Assembly (NCBI GenBank): GCA_020137815.1
Contig: CM035361.1
Location: 1,736,001 to 1,800,000, forward strand
Direction: 5' to 3'
Length of the DNA stretch: 64,000 nucleotides
Origin: Hormiphora californensis
Lineage: Eukaryota; Animalia; Ctenophora
Below are positions 10,473 through 34,794 of this stretch, piece by piece. The position numbers were made by a program, and so were the translations under genes. The notes beneath the pieces were generated by a model. The model worked only from the letters and a program-made list of their open reading frames with translations. It was not told the origin of the DNA and searched no databases. Within the stretch, counting starts at the first letter, position 1. Each line of letters starts with the position of its first letter.

Positions 10473-13400
10473 CTAATCGACCAGTTTCATGACAGCATCC
10501 TCTAGAGTTTTCATCTCATTCGCGAGATCCCGAATCATCTTGATGCAGTTGGACCTGAATTAGAGGGGATTAGAAGGGGACAAGGGGTAATAGTTGCCAA
10601 GAATCACCTCGATAGCCACACGCCCGTCGCCCTCACTCTTTTGCCGCCCCAGGGGCAGAAGGTCAAACAAAAGTGAAAGGGTACAGCTACTAACTGTTTA
10701 CTGTTTGAGTTAGGTAGACAGAAACTGGTATAATGGTATCTAGGAAACAGACCAGACGGCAGTTCCCAGGAAACGACCGACACAAGTAAACAACCAATCA
10801 GAACTCGTTATTTAGGTCACGTGACTGGTTATCAGTCAATCAGGGACCAGTATTTCCTGATTCGGTCGGTTACTGGCAGTTCCCAAAAGGGAGGTTATAA
10901 TTGTACCTTTTGTTGATTAGCTCCACAGACTGGGTGTATGGGTTGTAGTGAGCAGTGAACGGTCGGGGAATCTGCTGAGCCCATTCCCTGAAAATATGCA
11001 CAAAATATCATTATCAAATAGGACACAAATTATTGTGGTTGTTCGGGGCTTATTGTTCCCCAAATTCCTTATACTAATTTTATAGTTTATCAAGGAACTA
11101 AATCGATGAATTGCTTGTTTGTTTGTTTGTGACTTGTGAGGAACTTGAACTATGAAATTACTTACATAACCTTCCTCTTTGCCTCTGCGAATGAAGGTGC
11201 AACAAAGTATACAGGCTGAATGGTGGTAATGGGGTATCGGGTTGTCACAATCTGATCCACCTCAAAGGGCTGTTTCTTGGACTTGGCACTTACACAATTC
11301 TCCAGCTCTTCAATAGAGGAAATACAGCCTGGTGGGGGATATTTGTTTTAGCGAGGGGAGTTAACATTGATTATTGACTCTGAAGACGGAAGAGGGCCGC
11401 AAATTGAAATATGATGTCGAATACCGGTAAAAAACCGCGTGATAAATGATTATTCATGATGTAGGTACCTACCTAAGTTCAATTTCACGGATTATCTAGG
11501 GCACTCTAAGGTCCCTATATATACATAAATCTAAGCATCTAAGCACCCTCTGAGTCCCCCTGCAGTACCTGCACCGTATGCCTTTAGATCCCCATCCTCC
11601 ATACAGACCCCAAACTCAATTGTAAACCAGTAGAGGGTGGCTAATTTCTCGATCCAATCATCAGGTGCACCCAGACTTGCCAAACCAATCTCCTGGAGGT
11701 GAATTAACAACCGGTTAGTATAATTGGTATTAACTAGTATCATACAGGTGTCTAATTTGGTACATTACACATTGCGTGCCGGAAAGTACACTATTCTCAG
11801 GAAGCTGAGAGAGAGGGAGAGACCTGACCAATTTTCAAAGAAAGGAGATGGTATTTGGTAACAAGATTAGTATATCTTTGTGTAAGAAACTCGAGTAATA
11901 ACTCCTATACATCCTCTTCAAAACCTAGTAAACCCAATAAATCCATTCCCGTCAATGACAGTGAAGTGACAGATAAAACGATTTTATATTACATCTGTCA
12001 CCCAAGCCGGCATTCCTACACACACTCTTCGCGCGTTGAATAACACAGTGCCATTCACTGTGCTTTATTCTTTCTTGAGACATTTCTCATCCGCGCGCGC
12101 TCAATATTCCCTCTCTGAAAGCCCTCTGTAAATTTCAGACCTCACTGGTCAGGAAATACGATTTGGGAGCCTGGACCTCGGCGTGACAGCCGGGAAATGT
12201 AAACAAACAAAGATGAGGAGAGGGTGGGTAAAGCGTGATCGTGGTCAAGAAAGAGAGGGAGGGGGAATGTTAAGAAGAATTGTAGGCCGGAGGCCCTTCA
12301 AGTTCAAAATAAACATTGGGCCCAGCCTCCCAACCCACAAAACAGGTCTACCTGGGAGAAAGCAGCAAATTCAGGGTCCGCAAAGAGGGGTACGTGGCCG
12401 ATTAGCTCGTGACAAACATCCCTGAGAGATGGGGGTTTACTGTTTAGAAGTTGGATTGATTCGCTTACTGAAGCTTATTGAGATTTGGTACTGCAACCAC
12501 TAAGTATAATCTAGTACAGTAGTACACCCTTCTCTGTATAATTCCAACTCACGGTTCAGGGGTGTACATGGGGTTAGCACCGTGTCGAATGTACTGGGTA
12601 CTGTGGAACACTCGGAATGCCAGTCCCGCCAGGAAGTCCCGGGAAGAGAGGAGTCCCGCCACGGGACGGAGAGAAAATCCCGTGCAGTCTGGAGGGGGGG
12701 GGGTGTCATTAGAAATGTGCGTTCAACACGTGCTAAATAGAAAATCAAGGGGCGAAAAAGACTGTCTTGTTCAACATCAATAGAAACTTAATAATAAATC
12801 GAAAAAATACGATAGTTTTAGGTATCTTGTCAGTTTACAGATTACAGTCGTGAATTAATAAAAAGAGTAAGAGTTTGGAAAACACAAACCTTTGAGGAAG
12901 TTTGAAACTTTTTGCAGCTGAGGAATGCTATCCTTGTTGTAGTTACAATTCTGTACGAGCAAAGGCCAGGCTTTCTTGAATTCCTAGAGGGATATAATAT
13001 TGATTATTAGTGAAATATTGCATATAACATTTTTTGGAGAGGGCGATGTGGGTTGGAACTATAACGGGGCTCCGGTTCATTTAATTTTCCATCTAATGTA
13101 ACCTCTTTCTATCTAATAACTTACCTTGCAAGCATCTAATATAACTCTTTCCAACTAACAATTATTTACCTTGCAGGCATGGGTTTCAAAGAGGGAGCTA
13201 AGTTTGGTGAATACAGTTCTCCAGGTTTCCAGTTCATCTGTGTTGTACTCAACCGTGGGAATGGGCTCACCACTAGAAGAGAGAAGGAGGGGGTTAGTTG
13301 GTGGAATAGTGGGGTTGGAGGGAGGGGGTTAGTTAGTGGAATAGTGGGGTTGGAAGGAGGGGGTTAGTTAGTGGAATAGTGGGGAGGGAGGAAGGGGGTT

Positions 13401-16400
13401 AGTTAGTGGAATCTAGTGGGGTTGGAGAAAGAGAGGGGGTTAGTTAGTGGAATAGTGGGGTTGGAGGGAGGGGGTTAGTTAGTGGAATAGTGGGGTTGGA
13501 GGGAGGGGGTTAGTTAGTGGAATAGTGGGGTTGGAGGGAGGGGGTTAGTTAGTGGAATCTAGTGGGGTTGGAGGAAGAGAGGGGGTTAGTTAGTGGAATA
13601 GTGGGGTTGGAGGGAGGGGGTTAGTTAGTGGAATAGTGGGGTTGGAGGGAGGGGGTTAGTTAGTGGAATAGTGGGGTTGGAGCTACTAATGGTGAGAATT
13701 TAGTGGGAATTGTTAGGGTCCCACAACAATCAATCACTGTTACTAGAAGGGGAGGAGTTTGAGGTAGCTATGGAGAAGATGAAAAAGGGAAAATATATCA
13801 CTATAACTGACTAAGAGACAGAGATTTCAGACCACTAACTGTTTGTAGTTGTAAGCAATATCAGCGAACATCTTCCTTCTCTTTCTATAGGTCTCATCAG
13901 TAAATCCAGGGTGATCAGAATCCAGCTCACTACCATAACTGAAGGGGGAGGGGGGAGAATGAACCGTAACTAAAGGGATGGCGGGAGAAGAATGAACCGT
14001 AACTGAAGGGGATGAAATCTTGTAATTTGGATGAGATCGAGACGATAAACATTTTATATCTTTCGTGAGTTTTTCCAAAAACCACTCTTAATAATTCATC
14101 TGCAATGTTCAGACATGAACTACAAAACCAAGACGATACCTAAGGATTTGAGATGCAAATCTGTCCAACTCGGATATCTTAATAGGGAACCAGGGCACTT
14201 CCCCGGCGTTCGTTACCGTCCCTATACCCCCAGCATCTCGTCTAGTTAGGACCTGGACGCACTCCTTTCCGCAGATTGATCGTAGCTCTTCAATAGCCTT
14301 CCTAAAATGGGGGGTGGGGTATTAGACGGTGACTGGGACAAGTTCAAAAGTAGAGTTAGAAATGTTAAGGTAATGTATCCCAGTCAAATCCCTCAACGTG
14401 TGATAATGCACTCACTTGAAATTGTCCTCCTGTGTATCGCTTAGTTCCAAATTAACCAAGAACTTGTATTTCTCAGGATCCTCAGTGAGAGGCCGGGACT
14501 CAATATGGGTCAAGTTGATTCCCTTTTCCTGAAAATATCGGCTTGGTAAGACAACTATTGGGGGGAAAACTAACTTTTCTTAGAATAATGGACTGTTATT
14601 TTTCTGAAGAGGAAGGTTGCTTTGCAGGGTAATCTAAACAATCCCTAGCCCTACGTGTTTCCTAGAATTTAACGATTTCGGATAATACATTTACAAATGA
14701 ATGATATTGTTAATTACAAATGAATGATGTTGTTAATTACAATTAATGAATTATGTTGTTAATTACAAATTAATTATGGCCCCCCAATTATGTTGTTACC
14801 TGGAAGGGCATGAGAGCCTTGACTAGGGCAGATGGTTCATTCTTCACGGAGAACACGACAGACATCTTCTCGCTGCCAACCGTACTGACGTACTAGAGAG
14901 TGGGAAAAGGGGGTTATGGCCACGTAAAGGAGGGGAATAAAATGTGAAATAATAGAAAAAGATAATAAGGAAAAGAGAAAGATAGAGAAATGTGTGTAGG
15001 CGTCAAGAGAACAGTGTATAATTATTCAGCAATCATTTAGCTGTCGAATGCCAATATCGAACACAATTGTACAAGTAAACACGGCTGCATATAAATTGTG
15101 ATATGAGTGGCGAATTTGATCACGAATGCTGACTGAGCATAATCAATGAAGTTTCAAGGATCTTGCATTGATCAATGATGATTCATCATTATTTTGATAA
15201 TTAATTGTTATGGATCTTGTTGATAATGTGTTCAGCTCTAGCCAGCCTGAAGCGCTATAATATCAGGTGTTTCAGCCGATTTAAAACATTGAACCTACTT
15301 CCTTTCTCAACCCTGTTATTGTATCTAGCTGCTATGCAGTCCAGTCATGTGTGTCTGACTTAACAAGAGACACATAAAATAAACCAGCCAGCAGGAAATG
15401 TGTCTAGATTATCCTGTCTATTTCTCTCAAACATGTACTATCTCGCTCTCTTTCTATAATATGTTCCGGGAAATAACCCAGGCTCAAGTCTCAACATATC
15501 TAAGGGTCGTGACAATGACTTACTGATCACAACTGTCAATCTGACAAATGTGGAACTAAAACAGAGACACTAGACAGACAAAAGCGCCAGACATAAACAA
15601 GGAAGTGAGTGAAAGAGAGTGAAAGAGAGTGAAAGAGAGTGAAAGAGAGTAAAAGAGAGGGAAAGTGACCACTGTTATTATTCATAGCGCAGATAATTGT
15701 ATTGGCAGCAATTCAAGTTGAGCTAAAGTTTATCAGTTGAGTTGAAGTCATGCAGCAAGTATCCAGCAAGTATTATATATCAGTTACTATTGCAGATCTG
15801 GTGGTGCAGTGAAGAATAATAATGTTGATTCAGTGGAAAGAAAAACAGGAAACCAGCTGTGGCGGTAACTACAAACAATCAGCAGTACTGCAGTGATGTT
15901 TTCTAAATACAGCAGTACATTGTATAACAGCAGTGCAGTATACCGGTGTGTGTTCTAAATCAGTTGACAATATGCCAGATTAACTCTCTGTCACAGTATG
16001 AATGAACAGTGAAATGGCAAAATGTATTCTTATAATTAGTTCATTAGTTCAATAGCTAAAGTTGTATAAGCAATGTATCTGGATGTTAGCGAGAAGTTTG
16101 AAAAACGGCCAAAGGGACTACTGCAGCAGTGGTATATTAAACGAAAGCCAATCAACCGCAGATATGAAACAATTTTGACATGGTAGAAAAAAGAGAGAGA
16201 GAGAGAAAGCGAGAGAAAGAGAGATGAAAAAAGATATTTGCACGTTTACATTTCATATCCAGTGTGACAATGTGATTTTCCTATATCTCAAATCGCTGCT
16301 GATTTTCTAGATCATTCAAATTATGCACTGTGCTTCAAAATCCCACACATTTCGGTTCTCGTTATTAATTAATTATCCGCCATTAGATTTCATCTGGTTG

Positions 16401-17058
16401 AATGCTGCTGCTTAGCTCACTCTACTTACCTCCTTTTGGGTTGGGTTCCAGTAGGTTTTGTAGGTAACCTGCTGTAGGATAACGTTTTGGTGAACACATC
16501 ACCTTTCTACTGCGAGCAACAGAGAATGTTTTGACAGGGTTTTCTTACAACCTAGCCCCATAGTAACATGTGTGACTCACTAACAGATGAATTTTATGTA
16601 ATGATATTATGTGTGGGTATAATGTGTTATGAAACCTAATAACCTAGCTAATATACACCACTCTACATTATTGTCATTTACCAGCTGCACATTGAGACGG
16701 ATTAGAAACACCAATTACTCACTCATCTTACTATATAATGCAAAAACACCCGAAACTTGATCCCACCCATGCATGTTTGGTGGTCCCTAAATCGTCGTCA
16801 TCAAGATCAGATCACGTAACAAGTAGCATGCTAAGAGCACCCCACATGCGTGCTCAGATCACCCAACTGAGGATCAGATCATCCAATAGAGGATCAGATC
16901 ACCCCACCCACGATCAGATCACCCCAGTGACTATCAGATCATCCCAGTGAGTATCAGATCCCACATTTCACCCAGTAGTCCAATGTGTGTGATGAGATCC
17001 CCCATATAGAGTGGTAAAATAGACAAAGACGTGACGACAGAGAAATTGAGATACAAAT

Positions 17059-17111
<53 letters not shown>

Positions 17112-17189
17112 AGGATAGAGACGAGCATGAGAGAGCGAGAGAGAGAGAGAGATCTAGAGGAGAGTATGAGAGAGAGAGAGGAGAGAGAT

Positions 17190-17232
<43 letters not shown>

Positions 17233-17267
17233 TGAAGAGGCGATGAGAGAGAGACAGAGAGAGATAG

Positions 17268-17338
<71 letters not shown>

Positions 17339-19737
17339 GACAGAGAGACAGAGACAGCGAGATAGAGAACTGAGAAGTGAGAGATATGAAAAACGATCAG
17401 TTTTATGCCATCCGTAGGATGGCCTGGGTCCACTAGTGGAATATAACACACGGTATTGTTTCCTAATACTCTACCTGCTACCAATATCTCTTCTACTATT
17501 AGAAGTTCTGAAGTTATTAGCATCTCAGTTAAATATATACAATTGTACTATACAGAATGCTATGTACACTTGTACACTGCTATCATCAGCTACTATACAG
17601 CCCGTTTTGATGAGTACTGTGTAGTTACATTGCAGAGTCGTGTCCAGCTACATTCACTAGTACATGTTACAGAGAGAGAGAGACATATATTCACAGATCT
17701 GTGTTACAAATTCACAAATGTGTTACGGGTGTGTTACAAATACTAGCTACCATAGATCTCTTACAAAAACAAGGTGCCAGCTGAAATGAAGCAAAATACA
17801 AAATCCGGGTACAGCAGATATTTCCAGATACAGCATTATATTTCCAGATACAGCATTATATTTCCTAACCCTCGTGTTCTCCAGTTTAGTAGAAACTGCT
17901 GGTGCAGTAGTAGTTCCCCAGTGCAGCACAGCGGATACCTTCCCCACACCATCACTCAGATTGTTGTTGGTAACCTCCATAATCTCCGTTTGATCGTTGC
18001 AGCTCGTATCTTGTATTTCACAAGTTTCACTCTCAACCGTTTCTTCATTCTCTTCCAAAGTTGTGTTCACTTCCATATCATCGGTGTTATCAATGTTGTT
18101 ATCATTGTTGTTGCCTAGCACTTTATTAGCGGTTCCATCTTTCTCAGTGTTATCTCCTACAGTGTTACCATCATCCATAGCTCCAGCAGTTGAGCTTTCT
18201 GCAGTTTCATTCTCCTCTTCCTCTTGTTGTTCTACAACACAGCTTTCATCACCCTCCTCCTGTGTTTCACAGTTGGGTAGATCGTTGTCATGGTTACCAT
18301 TTCCATCACCATGGTTACCATTCCCTTCACCAGGGGAACCTTTACCATCACCCGGGGAACCACTAGTTGCTGCGATAGTATCTAATATCCGGTGAGCCGT
18401 TGCGGTAGATGACTCCCCTCCAGCAGGATTCATATCATCATCACACGGTTCAGATGTAACAGTGGCAGGTTCCTCCTCAGCCCCTTCCTCAGCTTCAGCC
18501 TCCTCAGGTCCCTCTAAACCGTCCATGGTAAACACCTCGTCTCCCTCATCCAGCCCTTCTTCAACCTTAGTACACACAAGGAATATATAAAATGAGTCAT
18601 GAATTGAACCACGAGTGTTTACAAGGAATACAAAATACAAATTACAAATGTTTCTCTAGCAAATGCTAGATCGTCAGTTATTGAGTCATGTTGACGGGTA
18701 TGGGAGTTTATGGCAACAAGACTGGTTATAAAATCACAACTTGACAACAATGATAATTACAATGATGATAATTGCAATGATGATAATTGCAATGATGATA
18801 AATGATAATTTTGTGTTTGTACATGATATGATTATAACAACAATGTTTTACTACATATTTTAGTGTTTTTTGTTTCACGATCAGATCACACATCTAAGTA
18901 CATTTGAGCTCTACTGCTATATTCCTGTCTATGCATTCTTTATATGGGGGGTATGTATTGAAACATCATGCTTTATATGATTTAAACGTTTTTCTACTCC
19001 CCCCTCGTCTAACCAGTATTATACAGCATATGGAATAATTACTAGGGGGGTTAGGAAGAGGGTGCTTCTGGAGACGAAATTCGCCTTTTTCGATAGAAAT
19101 CACCCACGTACAGGAATTGCCAACTTGGCAATGTCATCATTATATTACAAGTGCTTGATTTTGAAAATTAAATCAAAAGGGTGCCAAAACCGGAGTTTAT
19201 TTGAAAAACACAAAACATAAAACATGTATATGACAGATCACAGACAAGGAACATACACATAAAGAGAGACATCTCACTATCACAGTACTAGACTACACAC
19301 AGATCACTGTGACACCACAAAATTTTAGTACTTTCTATTTACCGGTGTGTTATGTACTTTTCTGGATTCAGTCGCCATAATTTCTGTATTGGAATGCGGG
19401 ATTTTACCAAACAAACAAAACAAACCAATATTTGGACAAAGCAAGATCTGATTTCTAGAAAGAAAACATTGGACATAACACACAAGACTGATCCAACTGG
19501 AGATCGCAAGCATGTGATTGGAGTTTTAACAAGATTACAAGATACATACCGAGGCACTTTTAGATATCTTTGTAGTAGCCTGCAGATAGAGGGGGATTAC
19601 AACTCAATCAGGAGACATGAGAATATTGGATTGTTCTATAAAACTTGTGTGAACTGGATGTTAATCAGTGATTCATTGGAATTGATTATTAGATTATTTA
19701 CCTCAGTTTGGTCAGTCCGCCTTTTCTTTGCGTCCAT
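10473..19737 (-). CDS. PAH: Phenylalanine-4-hydroxylase (ACT domain plus biopterin-dependent catalytic domain)
   Basis: Exons 14800-14892, 14416-14528 (NLTHIESRP), 14140-14301 (VPWFP), 13840-13938 (DHPGF), 13170-13272, 12890-12983, 12553-12688 ([27 protein letters not shown]), 12352-12421 ([11 protein letters not shown]), 11569-11692 (YWFTIEFG), 11166-11328, 10907-10987, 10473-10554. The 5' exons 19702-19737, 17939-18565 and 16430-16471 are inferred from phase only. Confidence 0.93.
10767..10875. mobile_element. 109-bp hAT-like MITE in a PAH intron
   Basis: TIR CAGGAAACGACCGA/TCGGTCGGTTACTG with 8-bp TSD GCAGTTCC. Confidence 0.8.
13285..13682. repeat. ~35-bp G-rich intronic minisatellite
   Basis: (GGGGGTTAGTTAGTGGAATAGTGGGGTTGGAGGGA)n, about 11 units. 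Confidence 0.9.
17060..17365. repeat. (GA)n microsatellite; similar tracts near 4570, 5340, 26270, 29435, 44910 and 45600
   Basis: Read directly from the sequence. Confidence 0.95.
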
Positions 19738-20121
19738 ATTGAAATCTATCCTGATTTGCTAAGAAAGGTTGATTACGTTAAACAAATAAAAACTGCCCTC
19801 GTCAGGACTGTTCCTGATACGACGGTTCCTGATGGGAGTTTTCCTACCCTGCATGTCATCAGATGACGGTCATCAACGAATGTAAACTGTAAATTCTTTT
19901 TTTATAACTGTTCGTCCCCTTGGACCTTGGTTCGCACGTTATTTATATTTGTGCATCGGAAACTTTTTTGGCTCTCACGCCTTTGTTTCTCAACCAAATT
20001 CGTCAAACCAAAATTGTCCGGGCTCACAAAATTATGCTCTTTATAAGACTTGTTAGTGGTGAGGGCATTGCTTCGATAGACTGATCGATCAAACGGCGTT
20101 CTCCAAGCACTAACAACGCAT

Positions 20122-22866
20122 TTGATTTGATTTGATTTGAAAAAGGATAAAAATCGATATACAATATATAAAGACAATATCCCGGTTGGCTCCTATTGAC
20201 GGAGTGTCAATATAGACGGAGCGCTTACACCTCAAAATACTATAAAAATTCACACACAGACAGTTCTCGCACACTACGGACAAACAGACTAATATAGTAT
20301 ACTTTTAATAGCTAAATAAAAATAGAAATGGCTATAAGGCTATTCACACTAGACTAGATGGTTAATTTTAATTCACTCATTAATGATAAAAATAATTACT
20401 TACCCTTGCCCATTTTTCCTAGTCCCCCACCCCTCCCCCATAATCCCCATCCAAAATTTAGTATACCGTCGGCTGTTGATAGAGATTTATATCAGATAGA
20501 ATTCATATCTGTGGTGGGGGCGCCCGTCCTGTTTCAAACTGTTCAACACCACTCCAAACCTCATATTTGAGTACAATGTAAATGAGCTATGTGTGGAGGT
20601 GGGAGAGATACTGCAGAAATAAAGGAAGAGAAAGGGACCCCCACCACAGAGGCGAATTAAGTTGTGTCATGTAAGGCGTTCCAGAGATGGTCTTTCAGTT
20701 TGGAGGAAAATAAATTGTGTTCGGTTGTATTTCTCAGTTCTTGAGGCAGTAAATTCCACTCAAGGTGGCAACAGTAGAAGTAACAGTTTTTGAACAGGTC
20801 CACTCTGGGTTGTTCAATGCATATAATGTTCGTTCTGTCTCGTTTCGTTTGTTGTCTGGTGGTGCGTCTGAAATGTGATTCCGGATCGTATTTTTGTAGG
20901 AAAGATGGAAATTTTATAGGAGATGTTTCATAGAATATTTTATGGAACAACTTAAGATCATTATATTGAAATTTTTGAGTCATTGGGAGTACGTCAATCT
21001 CCCTGAGTTTCTTTACATACGTTTCTAAATTATAACTAGTGTCTGTTTCACCGAATATCCATTTTGTGGCACGTTTCTGCAAACTTTCAAACTTAAGCAG
21101 ACTTGAATCACTTACTGGTCGCCATATTTGGCTACAGTGTTCGAACAGGGATCTAACTAGACTAATGTAGAGGTTCTTCTTCTTTAGGGGGCATTTAACT
21201 AATATTCCTACACGCTTCACCAGTCCTAATCTTTGAGAAGCTTTGGAAACAACAGTTTTCTGGTGTTCTATTGGCGATAATTTGTGGTTAGTTGAGACTC
21301 CTAGATCAATTTCTTTTTCACATGATTTAATTTCATTTCTGTCTAAGCGATAATTTAATTGATGTCGATTAATGTTTTGAGTACATCTAAGCAGCTTACA
21401 CTTGTTGGGATGGAATATCATTTTATTATCGTTAGCCCATTGCACTAAACTATCGATGTCGGGCTGCAAACTATCTTCTTCACTATTTATAACACGCCAT
21501 ATTTTAAGATCATCTGCATATAGCCTAATTTTAGTTAGATCATCATCTCTTACAACATTAACTATATCATTTATAAATAACACAAACAAGAAAGGCCCTA
21601 GTATTGAGCCTTGTGGAACTCCACTCCTGACCTCTACCCATTCTGAGAAATCCCCATCTAGCACAACCCTTTGTTGCCTACCGGATAAATAATTTATTAG
21701 GAAACGTAACATCTTACCTTCTAAATTGAACTCATTTTTTAATTTTCTTATAATTACGTCATGTGATACACTATCGAAGGCCTTCTGAAAGTCAAAGTAA
21801 ACTATGTCTGTTTGATATCGGTTATTTATGTTAAGCGCTAATTCGCAATTAAATTCAATCAGCTGCGACGTACATGACTTAAGGGGTACAAAACCATGCT
21901 GATAGGGAGTTATTTTATCTAAACAGGCTTTGTATAGGCGTTCTCTTACTAATTTCTCAAACACTTTCATAACAAGGCAAGTCAGGGATATAGGCCTATA
22001 ATTCTCAACGCATGAACGATCCCCTTTCTTGTGAACTGGGACAACGTTCGCAGTTTTCCACTCTGTTGGTATACATCCCTCTGTATATGATTTATTGAAT
22101 ATAAGAGTAAGTGGATAAGCTAGGGATTTGTGACATTTCTTAAGGACAACACCATCAATATTATCTGGACCTGTTGCTTTTGATACATCCAACTTTTTTA
22201 GAATTTTTAGGATCTCATCATATCTAAACTTCTCAAAGTTAAAATCAGTAGTGTGATCTCTATCCATATCCACAGTTTCTTGGTAAGTGCTAGATTCAGT
22301 GAATTGATTACAGAAAAATTCATTGAACATTTCACACTTACGATGACTCACAGAACTGTAATTGTTATTAAATTGTACTGTCTCAGGAATTCTAGTACTA
22401 TTTGTCTTGGACTTAACGTGTTTGAAAAATTTCTTAGATACATTAGCATTTGGTGAGTCTTCATCTATAATAGAGGAGAGCTCAAGAAAGGATGTTTCTT
22501 TCTCAATTGCAAGTGCTCTATATTGATGTTCTTTGAGTTCGTACTCCTCTTTAGCTACAATACTATCTTTATTTTTTAGGAAGGTTTTTCTAGAGTTATC
22601 AAACGATTTCTTAAGTTGGCGTAGCTCTTCATCATACCAGGGTGGTTGTGAGCCAATTTTTACATTGACTAATGGCACATTGTGACGAAGTGCAATGTCC
22701 AACCTCGACTTAAAGATTTGCAGGGACTGCTCCGCTGACAGATCCTTGAACTGTGCTAACCAGCACGGTATACCCTCTCTTTTGGGATCCCTATACTTAC
22801 TGTGTGCGCGAATACGGGAGAGAGGACAGCGCAGGAGGGAGAGAAGAAGAGGGGATATCATACCCA
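20122..22866 (-). mobile_element. 5'-truncated CR1/L2-superfamily LINE; RT ORF 20657-~22765, (AAATC)n tail
   Basis: PPWY, KATGPDNI, NYRPISLT, QHGF, DFQKAFDSV, SGVPQGSILGP, YADD; no APE domain. TSD AACAA(C/T)GCAT at 20112-20121 and 22867-22876. Confidence 0.92.
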
Positions 22867-24064
22867 AACAATGCATAGGCCCAAAAGCGGGAGCCGTGAT
22901 ATACTTTATAAATTATAATTGTATCTTTCCGGTGCTATGCGTTTTTTGCCGAAATATTAGAGCAAGTGGGAGTTGTCAAGCCCAAATACAACGCCACACG
23001 TAAAAAGTGGGTGAACACTGAAGTCTGAACAGTTAAAAAATGGAGTTTACGAAGCAAATTTCCATGTAAAAAAGTAGTGCTCACGTAATTGTCAGCACTA
23101 CAGACGGAAATTCTCGTCAGGAAACTGGTAGAGGGTTTGCCATCGAGCCAAATGAGCATACTCAGAAATTTTCAGGTCCGTCGAGCACATGAAGGTCTAA
23201 AGCGCAAGGCCGAAGTGATTTTTTAAATTTTTTGTTGGCCTATGCTACAGGCCCTAAAGCCTAGAAGCCGTGGAAAACGCGCGCACTTGGGGTCTGCAGC
23301 GCATGCCAAAATTTTTTGTTTCGTTTTGTTTTTCAAATCTTTTTTATCAAGAAAGAAAGATTTAAAACTTCCGCGCCGTCGCGTTAATGCGCGCGTAATT
23401 GCGCATATGTTTGATAAAATTTTCGCGCGCTCCATTTCATACCTTCGCTGCAAGTAAGCTGAATGGCACACCTTTTTCAAATTCAACACTGACACGTTCT
23501 TCGTAAAGTTAAAAAGTCGTCGTTTTAGAAGGGAATAAAAGCAAATATATTTATGATTACAATAATGCAGATGCTTGTGTGACACAATTCATAATTCAAG
23601 CCTAATTATGTATTAGTAAAAGTACTAAATTGAAAGGTAATTAATACCGGTTTTTACCCGATTGCCGACAAATATGAATAACATAACACATATCTTTTGC
23701 AAAAGGTTCACGTTTGGGTGACATTTTCCGATACAGTAACACAGATCTAGCAGTGTCTAATATGTCGCAATTATATTGACATAACTAATCAACTTGTGCC
23801 CAACTCCAGTACATACAATATTTGAAAAAAAATCTCCCCAATGATAAAACTTATCAACGTACTCAATACGGATTGGTCTAATTCTATTTTTGCCCTTCTT
23901 TATAAAAACGTAAAAAATTGACTACCTCTCATAATAATACGTCACTTTGTATTTGTAATCACAACATATCATTCACATACACGGTAGAAACTAATTAGTT
24001 TGAACAAAATATTTCACGCTATTTAATAATCCACCACGCTCGAGAAAGTCCAATTAATAATCCA

Positions 24065-34794
<10,730 letters not shown>

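Noticed and set aside
16430-16499. ATG at 16499 as the PAH start
   Set aside because: That exon ends in phase 1, incompatible with the phase-0 ACT exon.
19790-19880. CTGATGA and CTGACGA words on the minus strand as a hammerhead
   Set aside because: No stem II or stem I pairing around a GAAA.
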